Program-made: the position numbers and the translations under genes
In this document: in pieces, positions 44,538-52,493 of the stretch
Position numbering within the stretch: position 1 is the first letter of the stretch
Layout of the letters: each line of letters opens with the position of its first letter
The notes under the pieces: generated by a model
Databases searched by the model: none
Seen by the model: only the letters and a program-made list of their open reading frames with translations
What the model was told of the DNA's origin: nothing
Assembly: GCA_023457895.1 (NCBI GenBank)
Contig: JAEXAY010000012.1
Coordinates: forward strand, 2,512-66,511
Length of the DNA: 64,000 nt
Direction of reading: 5' to 3'
Source: Pseudomonadota bacterium
GTDB taxonomy: Bacteria; Pseudomonadota; Alphaproteobacteria; Sphingomonadales; Sphingomonadaceae

Positions 44538-44882
44538 ATGCATAATGTCACCCCTTTTCCGCTCCCCGCCACAGGGCCTCGCCAGGTCGGCTTCGAGCGT
44601 GAGGAACTGATGCGCATTCTGGACCTCTATGGCCGCATGGTCGCGGCAGGCCATTGGCGCGATTATGCGATGGACTTTGAACGCGATCTCGCGGTTTTCT
44701 CCTGCTTTCGCCGCACCGCCGAACGCCCCGAATACCGCATCGAGAAACGCCCGGCTTTGCGCCAGCGGCAGGGCATGTGGGCGCTGATCGGCGAAGGCGG
44801 CGCGATACTGAAGCGCGGACATGAGCTGGCGGGCGTGCTCGCCCCGATCGAACGCAAATTGCTCAAGATCATCGAAGATTAG
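44538..44882 (+). CDS. DUF2794-like conserved alphaproteobacterial protein
   Basis: VGFEREELMRILDLYGRMVAAGHWRDYAMDF pattern. The family name is from memory. Its stop overlaps the stop of the convergent gene (TTAG at 44879-44882). Confidence 0.7.
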   Translation: MHNVTPFPLPATGPRQVGFEREELMRILDLYGRMVAAGHWRDYAMDFERDLAVFSCFRRTAERPEYRIEKRPALRQRQGMWALIGEGGAILKRGHELAGVLAPIERKLLKIIED

Positions 44883-45925
44883 GCCGCGGACCGGCTCATG
44901 CGCCACTTGGTCCACAAGTGACGCGCGAGCATCATCGGCGGCATGCGCAACAGGTGTGAGCGCAGGTAGAAAAGGAGCCGCAATATTTTGCACCTTTCCT
45001 GCCCCCAGCCATTGCGCGCGAGTAGCCGGCGTTCGACAAGCCGGATAAATATGCCGGCTTCCGGCCAGTTCTCGGGCACGGGCGTGCCATAAAGGCGCGC
45101 GGCGAGCCGGGCGGTGAGATGGAGTTCGTGCAGCAAGCCATGGTGCGCGGCGCGCCCTTCCAGTTGTCGCCACCAGCCGGGATCGGCGGCGCCCTCTTGC
45201 AGCAGGCAGTGAATGTCCCACAGGTTCCGGAGACCCCCCTGAAAGTCCCCGTCGGCCATGAAATGTGCAACCGCGTGGCAGACGCGGTCGGTCGGGGAGA
45301 GGAGGTAGAGTGTGGTGTCTTGCCCGGCCGGAACGGCATCCGCGATCATCGCTTCCGCGTCCGGCCTGGTCCGCGCCGTCAGCGGCAGGATCGTGTGATG
45401 CACGTCGATCATCCGGTCGCGATCGCGGTGGATGAGGGGTGGCAGTTCGTGCATCCATTGCCGGTAATAGTTATCGTCATACGGATCCGATTTGACCCAC
45501 TCCCATCCGGCAGTGATGAGGGCCTGTTCGGCGTCTTGGAGCCGTGCGCGCGGAACCAATATGTCGAGGTCGCCGATCTGGCGTCCTCGCGCTGCGGCGA
45601 GGTTGGCGGCGGCATAGGCTGTCCCTTTGAGCAGGATCGTGCGGATGCCCAACGGCGAGAGGGAGCGGCGGCACATTTCCGCTTCCCATAGCGCGGCGCG
45701 CTGCGCAGCGGCAGCGCCTTCGCGATGATCGGCAAGCAGCGCAGCGACCTCTGCCGGCATCGGCTGATCTCGTACCTGCTCCGCCAGCGTTCCCATCAGC
45801 GCCTCGGCGCGCGCTATCGTGATCAGCCCGGTCCAGTCAGCGACGCCCAACTGGGCGACCGTGGCGGGATCGCGCAAGGCTTGCGTCAACAGACGCGCAT
45901 CGGCGTGGTGGACCGGCGCACTCAT
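44879..45925 (-). CDS. Nucleotidyltransferase-fold protein (NTP_transf_5-like), third gene of the HPr-kinase-related cassette
   Basis: Has the polymerase-beta-type NT motif LLKGTAYAAANLAAARGRQIGDLDILV. Start ATG 45925 forms an ATGA overlap with the kinase stop. Confidence 0.8.
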   Translation of the reverse strand: MSAPVHHADARLLTQALRDPATVAQLGVADWTGLITIARAEALMGTLAEQVRDQPMPAEVAALLADHREGAAAAQRAALWEAEMCRRSLSPLGIRTILLKGTAYAAANLAAARGRQIGDLDILVPRARLQDAEQALITAGWEWVKSDPYDDNYYRQWMHELPPLIHRDRDRMIDVHHTILPLTARTRPDAEAMIADAVPAGQDTTLYLLSPTDRVCHAVAHFMADGDFQGGLRNLWDIHCLLQEGAADPGWWRQLEGRAAHHGLLHELHLTARLAARLYGTPVPENWPEAGIFIRLVERRLLARNGWGQERCKILRLLFYLRSHLLRMPPMMLARHLWTKWRMSRSAA

Positions 45926-46788
45926 GCAAGCGCACTCCATAGATGCTCGACCAGTTCCAGTGCTTCCTCGCCCGACTGGTAATCGATCGCACGCGCTGGG
46001 ACATTGGCGGCAAAGCGCGTGAGGCAGTCATAGCCAGCTTCTCCGAGTGCGACATAATTGGTCGACGCCTGCGTCAGCCTGATGAAGGTTTCCGACGGAG
46101 TCACCGGCCGTATCTCGCGGGCAAAGCCGAAGCGGGGGAACAGCAAAAGTGAAGGGCTTGCTGGTGCTTCCATGCGCGCAATGGCCTGGGCGCGCGGGCG
46201 CAGATGGCGGATATCGCCCTTGGGCGTACCCGTGAGCAAGGGGCCGAACCGCTCCGTAGGCACAAATGACGTCATGGCGGCAATCGCGTCATTCTTGAGG
46301 CTGACGGGACGGGGGAAAGCAAAAGCCTCGCCGTTCGAGGGCGCGATCAAGGTGAATTCGTCGCCCATCAGGCGCCAGCCCTTTTCGCCAAGCAGCGCAG
46401 CGAGGGTGGATTTGCCGCTGCCGCTTTCGCCCGTCATGATGAGCGCACGGCCATCCTTCTCGACTGCGCTCGCATGGAGCAGCAGATGCCGCCGCCAGCC
46501 CAGCGCCATCTGCAGGTTCATCGCCATTTCCGCCGCAAGCAGCCCCTGCGCGAGGGGCAGCGGCGCGGCATCGGGTATCATATAGTCGGCGCGAATGGTG
46601 ATCGATGGCCGGACCCACCGGCGCCAAGGCCGAAATGCTTCGAGCCGGACCGTGAAATCGTGGAAGCCTGTGGAGTTCGCGGCCGGGTAATCGCGATAGA
46701 GCGCGCGCAGCGCGGCGATCGGGCCGGGCCAGTCCGAGCCGATCCGGAAACGTGCGGGGCCGACCTTGATGCCAAACTGATGTCTCAT
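45922..46788 (-). CDS. HPr-kinase-related P-loop kinase (HprK-related kinase A type)
   Basis: LLLHASAVEKDGRALIMTGESGSGKSTLAALLGEKGWRLMGDEF mirrors the HprK C-terminal domain (H..V, P-loop, acidic pair). The P-loop lies at 46405-46431. It overlaps the upstream PqqD-like gene by ATGA. Confidence 0.85.
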   Translation of the reverse strand: MRHQFGIKVGPARFRIGSDWPGPIAALRALYRDYPAANSTGFHDFTVRLEAFRPWRRWVRPSITIRADYMIPDAAPLPLAQGLLAAEMAMNLQMALGWRRHLLLHASAVEKDGRALIMTGESGSGKSTLAALLGEKGWRLMGDEFTLIAPSNGEAFAFPRPVSLKNDAIAAMTSFVPTERFGPLLTGTPKGDIRHLRPRAQAIARMEAPASPSLLLFPRFGFAREIRPVTPSETFIRLTQASTNYVALGEAGYDCLTRFAANVPARAIDYQSGEEALELVEHLWSALA

Positions 46789-47081
46789 GCCGCGCCGTCC
46801 GGCGGGAGCCGCTCGACAAGGCCGAGTACCGCCAGTTCCTCGAGCCGCGCCATGACGCTAGCGATATGATTCTCACCTTCGGCGAGGTCGAATTTGCCTC
46901 TCAGGCGGGAGACGATAGCTTCGGGCGTAAGCACGTCTTCTCCCATCACTTCCAACATTTCCGGAACCGGCATCGCGACGAGATGCGTGGTGCCTGAGCG
47001 CCGGTCGTAAAGCGCGGAAAGCTGGTCGAGCGGGGTCAGGCGATAGCGGGCGAAAGGAAGGGCGCGATAGCGTGCGGACAT
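46785..47081 (-). CDS. PqqD-family small protein (RiPP recognition element-like peptide chaperone)
   Basis: 98 aa. The pattern ..LSALYDRRSGTTHLVAMPVPEMLEVMGEDVLTPEAIVSRLRGKF..VMARLEELAVLGLVE is a PqqD-like winged helix. Confidence 0.75.
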   Translation of the reverse strand: MSARYRALPFARYRLTPLDQLSALYDRRSGTTHLVAMPVPEMLEVMGEDVLTPEAIVSRLRGKFDLAEGENHIASVMARLEELAVLGLVERLPPDGAA

Positions 47082-47119
47082 GCTCGGTTCACGCAGGGTT
47101 GGCGGCGAGCCCGGGAAAA

Positions 47120-47545
47120 TCAGCTGCGTGGCATCTGGATCGAGGCATAGCAGGTGAAACCGCTCTGTCCCATCTGGAGGCGGCGGATATAGTTCACATA
47201 AGCCTGGCTCTGATCATAGGTCGTGCCAGGGAGCGAGCGGCCATTGATGGCGGCCTTCACATCCTGACCCTTGAATGGCTGCGGTGCGGGCGGAAAGGCC
47301 CCCTGTGTCCCGGCCGGGACCAGCGTCCCATCGGCAGCGATATATTGCCCGGCGCGCGCCGGATCAGGCACCGGGATCTCGCAGTTGAGGATCGACACGG
47401 CGGTATTGGCGAAAGCGGGCTTCACGCTCACCACCATAGAAGCCGAAACCGCGCCAAGCGCCAGCATCTGCCGCCGCGTCGGAACGGCAAGGCCATCGGC
47501 GTTCGTTGATGCTGCTTGCGGATCGCTTTCGGGATGGTCGGTCAT
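47120..47545 (-). CDS. Small Tat-signal exported protein of unknown function (141 aa), first gene of the cassette operon
   Basis: It has a 22-aa n-region, the twin-arginine motif TRRQML, the h-region ALGAVSASMVVSV and an AFA-N cleavage site. The mature part is ~93 aa with 2 Cys and ends ..QMPRS. It lies 38 nt upstream of the PqqD-like gene. Confidence 0.7.
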   Translation of the reverse strand: MTDHPESDPQAASTNADGLAVPTRRQMLALGAVSASMVVSVKPAFANTAVSILNCEIPVPDPARAGQYIAADGTLVPAGTQGAFPPAPQPFKGQDVKAAINGRSLPGTTYDQSQAYVNYIRRLQMGQSGFTCYASIQMPRS

Positions 47546-47607
47546 GCCTTCATCCTAGACCGAAAGCAGCACGACATAAAGCCGCTTTGCACGGATTTAC
47601 CGTAGCA

Positions 47608-47643
47608 GCCCGCGCCAGTCCCTGATTGGAACATGGCGCGGGC
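47608..47643 (-). other. Perfect 10-bp GC stem-loop between the porin gene and the cassette operon
   Basis: GCCCGCGCCA (47608-47617) pairs with TGGCGCGGGC (47634-47643) across a 16-nt loop. There is no U-tract on either strand. Confidence 0.6.
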
Positions 47644-47663
47644 CATGTGTAAACCGGATCTGC

Positions 47664-48893
47664 TCAATAGAAGATCTGGAAGCGGAACAGCATCGTGTCG
47701 ACATCATAGTCGCGCGTGCCATCACTCGCCGCGATGATTGCATCCTTATAGCTCAGCCGTCCGTAATTGGCGGAAAAGCGAACCTGCTCGATCGGCGTCC
47801 AGACGAGCGACCCCAATAATGCATCCTGTTTGCCGCCGCGAAAACCGCTGCTGTTGAGATCAAGATGATCATAGCGCACGTTGAGCTGGAGTGCGCCGAA
47901 TCCGCCGCTGCCCAGCGGCTTTTTGGGTTTTACGGTGCCCCAGGCACCGCCCTTGTAGGGGCGTTTGTCGTCGGTGAGGAAGAAACCGGCTTCAGCATAA
48001 CCTCCCCAGAGCGTGGGATTGGCCATATTGGGCACGTCAGGGCGGAGCCAGAAAGCCTCACCGGTAGCGTGAAAGCGCCCCATCACAGCGCCCGCTTCAA
48101 GTCCGTAACCCAGTTCCTTTTCAACCCGGAGCGAGGGCGTCGAAACAAAGCGGGTGTCGGTTGTCCGCAGGACTGGACGAGTTCGATAGCGCATGCCGCT
48201 ATTGGCAAGATCGTTGCGGTCGCGCCAATGCGCGGAAGCCGCCAGATGCAATTGGGTGTCGCCCATCTTGGGTGCCCACACCGCGCGGCCATGAACGCCA
48301 AGGCTGTTGTCCTTGACGTCGTTTAACCCGATCAGCGGCTCGGTCGAAACCCCGCCCTGAAACATCAGATCGCCCTGCTTCAGCGTCGAGGTCAGTGCAA
48401 GGCGGCGAGTAAAACCGAATGCCTGCACGAAGCCCGCGCGCTCGGCAAAGCTGGTATTGAGATCGCTCGTCAAGTCGTCAAGCGACTGGAACACCTTTTG
48501 CTGGCCCGCGGTAATGTTTAGATTCTTGGTGTCATAGGCGACATAGGCGTCGACGAATTCGGGGTCCGAGGTAGCCATGTCGCCCTCGACGCGGGCGCTC
48601 CAGCCGCCGCCAAACTTCGCATCGACCCCGATATAGGCTCGGCGCAATATGTCGTTCCAGCCCATGCCTCCGGCGGTGACATTATCCGGCGGTGAAACCT
48701 TGCCGACATCATATTGGACACGCCAGCGCGGGCGCAGTTCGAACCCGTCCTTTTCGGACTTGGCAGTTTTTTGGGCTGCGGCATCCTCTACCGGTGTAGG
48801 CGTATCAGGAGCGGCGGTACTGGCAGCGGGTGTCGCATGAGCCGTAGCGGGGAGCAGAGCAAGGACGGCGGCTGCGTGGACAAGGCGGGTCAT
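47664..48893 (-). CDS. OprO/OprP-type (phosphate-selective-like) porin
   Basis: Has a signal peptide, RPRWRVQYD and AYIGVDAKFGGGW segments, and a C-terminal FRFQIFY aromatic end typical of outer-membrane beta-barrels. Confidence 0.8.
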   Translation of the reverse strand: MTRLVHAAAVLALLPATAHATPAASTAAPDTPTPVEDAAAQKTAKSEKDGFELRPRWRVQYDVGKVSPPDNVTAGGMGWNDILRRAYIGVDAKFGGGWSARVEGDMATSDPEFVDAYVAYDTKNLNITAGQQKVFQSLDDLTSDLNTSFAERAGFVQAFGFTRRLALTSTLKQGDLMFQGGVSTEPLIGLNDVKDNSLGVHGRAVWAPKMGDTQLHLAASAHWRDRNDLANSGMRYRTRPVLRTTDTRFVSTPSLRVEKELGYGLEAGAVMGRFHATGEAFWLRPDVPNMANPTLWGGYAEAGFFLTDDKRPYKGGAWGTVKPKKPLGSGGFGALQLNVRYDHLDLNSSGFRGGKQDALLGSLVWTPIEQVRFSANYGRLSYKDAIIAASDGTRDYDVDTMLFRFQIFY

Positions 48894-49170
48894 GATTCGG
48901 CAACCCTTTCAACAAGAAGGCGTGGATGGTGGCGACGCCCTATGCGTCAATTATGACAATTATGTTACGTTTATGCGTCGAATTGAGGACGGTGGGTCAA
49001 TCATGCTGGCAAAAAGCCCAAATGCGTTTCTACAATACCTGACTGACTTGGGAGCTTAGCCCCTCGGCGCCGTAACGGCGGTTTACGTAAACGTAATTTG
49101 GTCTTGCGCTGCACCGCAACATAGCTCATCACGATCACCGATACAGCTAATTTCTACGGAGTGTTCTTCC

Positions 49171-50076
49171 ATGTCGATCAGCTTCCAGGACAAAGTAGCC
49201 ATCGTTACCGGCGCCGGTGGCGGTCTGGGTCGCACCTATGCGCTCGAACTCGCCAGACGCGGCGCGAAGGTCGTGGTCAACGATCTCGGCAGTTCGCGTG
49301 ACGGCACCGGTCATTCCGATGCGGCGCTGAAGGTGGTCGAGGAGATCAAGACCGCAGGCGGCGAAGCCATGCCGAACGGCGGCAATGTCGCCGAATATGA
49401 ACAGATGGTCGAAATGGTTGCCAAGGTCAGGGAAGCCTGGGGCGGCGTCCATGTCCTGATCAACAATGCGGGCATCCTCCGGGACAAGAGCTTCGCCAAG
49501 ATGGAAATGGCCGATTTCGACCTCGTGGTGAAAGTGCACCTCCTGGGATCGGCCTATTGCTCCAAGGCGGTGTGGGAAACGATGCGTGAGCAGAATTATG
49601 GCCGCATTCTGATGACGGCCTCGTCGACCGGCCTCTACGGCAATTTCGGTCAGGCCAATTATGGCGCGGCCAAGCTCGGCCTTGCCGGTCTCACCAAGAC
49701 GCTGGCGATCGAGGGCGCCAAGAACAATATCAAGGTCAACACGCTGGCACCGGTCGCGGGCACGCGCATGACGGAAGACCTCGGCATGCCGGAGGAACTC
49801 TACAAGGCGCTGGCACCCGAAAATGTAACGCCGGCCGCCGTCTATCTGGTCAGCGAGGATGCGCCCACCAACATGATCGTCGGCGCTGGCGCAGGCGTTT
49901 ATCAGGCGGCCTATATCACGATGACGCAAGGCATTGCATTGAAGCCTGAAGACCGCACCGCAGAAGGCATCGCGGCGAACTGGGACAAGATCATCGACCG
50001 TGCGGGCGAAGTCGTCCCCCAATCCGGCGGTGAACAGTCGATGCATATCATGAGCATGCTGCAGCAGGCAGGCTGA
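49171..50076 (+). CDS. SDR-family oxidoreductase (MFE-2 dehydrogenase-domain-like)
   Basis: Has TGAGGGLGR, NNAG and the YGAAK catalytic motif. Confidence 0.9.
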   Translation: MSISFQDKVAIVTGAGGGLGRTYALELARRGAKVVVNDLGSSRDGTGHSDAALKVVEEIKTAGGEAMPNGGNVAEYEQMVEMVAKVREAWGGVHVLINNAGILRDKSFAKMEMADFDLVVKVHLLGSAYCSKAVWETMREQNYGRILMTASSTGLYGNFGQANYGAAKLGLAGLTKTLAIEGAKNNIKVNTLAPVAGTRMTEDLGMPEELYKALAPENVTPAAVYLVSEDAPTNMIVGAGAGVYQAAYITMTQGIALKPEDRTAEGIAANWDKIIDRAGEVVPQSGGEQSMHIMSMLQQAG

Positions 50077-50184
50077 GGCCGGAGTTCCCTCTTGCCGGAA
50101 CCGGGCCGTGCCGCTCGCGTTGGTGGATTGCGCAGCCGTCCTTTCCGGGCGGCGGCTTTCCCAATCGAGAGCGGAGAAACTATC

Positions 50185-50982
50185 ATGGTCAAGGCAGGCA
50201 GAAAAATCGAAACCTTTCCCGTACTGAAGGACAAGGTGGCGATTATCACCGGTGCCGCCATGGGCATGGGGGAGGCGACCGCGCGGCTGTTTGCCGATGC
50301 CGGGGCGAAGGTCGTGGTTGCGGATTTCAACGAGGAAGCGGGCGAAAAGGTCGCCACTTCGATTGTCGCCGAAGGCGGAGAGGCTGCCTTCGTCAAGGTT
50401 GACGTATCGAAATCCGACCAGGTCGAGCGCATGGTTGCCTTCGCGGTGGAGCTCTTTGGCCGCCTCGATGTAGCGGTCAACAATGCCGCGTTGCGGCCGG
50501 ACAACGCGCCGGTCGCGGAACTTGACGAGGAGTATTGGGACCGGCTGATGTCGGTCGACCTCAAGGGCACCGCCTTGTGCATGAAATATGAGCTGGCGCA
50601 GATGGTGGCGCAGGGTGACGGTGGCTCGATTGTCAATATTTCGTCGGTTTCCGGCTTTCGCCCGCAGCCCTATACCATTGCCTATGTTGCCGCCAAACAT
50701 GGGGTGAATGGCCTCACAAAGAATGCCGCCATGGAATATGGCCCGCACAATATCCGGGTGAATGCGGTTGCGCCCGGCGCGATCGACACGCCGATGCTCA
50801 AGGCTTCGCTTGACGAGATGGGGCTCGACCGCACGGAATTCGCCAAGAAACTCAGCGTGCTCGGTCGCTTCGGCCAGCCCGATGAGGTGGCACAGGGCAG
50901 TTTGTGGCTCGCGTCCGACGCATCGTCCTTTGTCACCGGATCGGTGCTGTTCGTCGACGGAGGCTATACCGGGGCGATGTAA
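50185..50982 (+). CDS. SDR-family oxidoreductase (classical, glucose/3-oxoacyl reductase-like)
   Basis: Has TGAAMGMGE, NNAA and YVAAK. A GGAG RBS precedes ATG 50185. Confidence 0.9.
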   Translation: MVKAGRKIETFPVLKDKVAIITGAAMGMGEATARLFADAGAKVVVADFNEEAGEKVATSIVAEGGEAAFVKVDVSKSDQVERMVAFAVELFGRLDVAVNNAALRPDNAPVAELDEEYWDRLMSVDLKGTALCMKYELAQMVAQGDGGSIVNISSVSGFRPQPYTIAYVAAKHGVNGLTKNAAMEYGPHNIRVNAVAPGAIDTPMLKASLDEMGLDRTEFAKKLSVLGRFGQPDEVAQGSLWLASDASSFVTGSVLFVDGGYTGAM

Positions 50983-51106
50983 CGCCAGGGGCGGCGACGC
51001 CTGAGTCGGACGACCGCAATGCAGCGCGTCGGAACAGAGATGCTGGCACATTTCTGCCGGCCGTGGCAAAGGCCGCGCAATAATTTCATCTCGCCGGAGT
51101 TTTTTC

Positions 51107-52474
51107 ATGATAACACCGCTTGCCGCCATCATCCTTGCCGCCGGGCAGGGGACGCGGATGAAGTCCGATCTACACAAGGTGCTGCATCCGATTGCGGGCA
51201 AGCCGATGCTGCTGCACCTACTCGATACGGTCGAGACGATTCACGTGACGCAGTCGGTTGTCGTGGTCGGCAAGGGGCGCGAGCAGGTCGAGGCTGCTTG
51301 CGCGGGGCGGACCGTCTCGATCGCCGTGCAGGACCCCCAGCACGGCACCGGCCATGCCGTCCAGCAAGCGGAAAGCGCCCTTGCCGACTTCACCGCGCAG
51401 CATCGCGACGGGGATATTCTGATCCTGTATGGCGATGTCCCGCTGGTACCCGCCGCGACGATGACCGCGATGGTCGAACGGCTGCACGCACCCGATGCAC
51501 CCGCAATCGTCGTGCTCGGCTTCGAACCTGACGACACGCTCAAATATGGCCGCGTTATCGCCGGTGCGGACGGGGTTATCGAGAAAATGGTCGAGCATAA
51601 GGATGCGACCGAAGCCGAGCGCGCCTGCCGCTTGTGCAACAGCGGGCTGATGGCGGTGAAGGCGAAGGACCTGTTCGCGCTGCTCGCCCGCGTCACCAAC
51701 GATAACGCGGCGGGCGAATATTATCTGGTCGACATCGTCAATATCGCGCGCGAGGACGGTCGCAAATCGGCGGTAGTCAAGACCAACGCGTTCGATGTTA
51801 CCGGCATCAACAGCCGCGCCGAACTCGCCGCCGCCGAGGCGCAATGGCAGCAGTTCAAGCGCGAGGAGGCGATGGCCGGCGGTGTCACGCTACGCGCCCC
51901 CGAAACCGTGTTTTTCAGTTACGATACCGAGCTTGCCAATGACGTGACGGTCGAGCCGCATGTGGTGTTCGGCCCCGGCGTCAAGGTGGCGAAAGGGAGC
52001 ACGATCCGCGCCTTCTCGCACCTCGAAGGTGCGAATGTAGGCGAAAATTGCGAGGTCGGTCCCTATGCCCGTCTGCGCCCCGGTACGGTGCTTAAAGAAA
52101 AAGCCAAGGTCGGCAATTTCGTCGAAACCAAGAAAGCGGTGCTGGGCCAAGGTGCCAAGGCCAACCACCTGTCCTATATCGGCGATGCCGAAGTGGGCGC
52201 AGGCGCAAATATCGGAGCGGGCACGATTACGTGCAATTATGATGGCTATTTCAAATATAAGACAGTGATCGGGGAAGGCGCCTTTATCGGCTCCAACTCG
52301 GCGCTGGTCGCACCCGTCACGATTGGTGCGGGCGCAATCGTTGGCGCTGGCAGCACGGTGACGCAGGACGTCGAAGCTGATGCGCTCCGCCTGGTCCGCC
52401 CTGCGCAGGAAAGCAAGTCCGGCTGGGCCAAGCGCTTTCGCGAGGTGAGTGCGGCAAAGAAGGCCACAAAATAG
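51107..52474 (+). CDS. glmU: Bifunctional UDP-GlcNAc diphosphorylase / GlcN-1-P N-acetyltransferase
   Basis: Has LAAGQGTRMKS and a C-terminal hexapeptide-repeat left-handed helix. Confidence 0.97.
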   Translation: MITPLAAIILAAGQGTRMKSDLHKVLHPIAGKPMLLHLLDTVETIHVTQSVVVVGKGREQVEAACAGRTVSIAVQDPQHGTGHAVQQAESALADFTAQHRDGDILILYGDVPLVPAATMTAMVERLHAPDAPAIVVLGFEPDDTLKYGRVIAGADGVIEKMVEHKDATEAERACRLCNSGLMAVKAKDLFALLARVTNDNAAGEYYLVDIVNIAREDGRKSAVVKTNAFDVTGINSRAELAAAEAQWQQFKREEAMAGGVTLRAPETVFFSYDTELANDVTVEPHVVFGPGVKVAKGSTIRAFSHLEGANVGENCEVGPYARLRPGTVLKEKAKVGNFVETKKAVLGQGAKANHLSYIGDAEVGAGANIGAGTITCNYDGYFKYKTVIGEGAFIGSNSALVAPVTIGAGAIVGAGSTVTQDVEADALRLVRPAQESKSGWAKRFREVSAAKKATK

Positions 52475-52493
52475 GGCTGGGCCGCGTCCCCGA

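Noticed and set aside
48941-48980. Pho box for the OprO/P-like porin
   Set aside because: The TATG-phased repeats do not reproduce the CTGTCAT-N4-CTGTCAT pattern on either strand. It is kept only as an unassigned operator-like repeat.
49147-51201. 684-aa ORF antisense to both SDR genes
   Set aside because: It is a shadow ORF spanning two well-supported genes and their spacer, with no recognisable domain.
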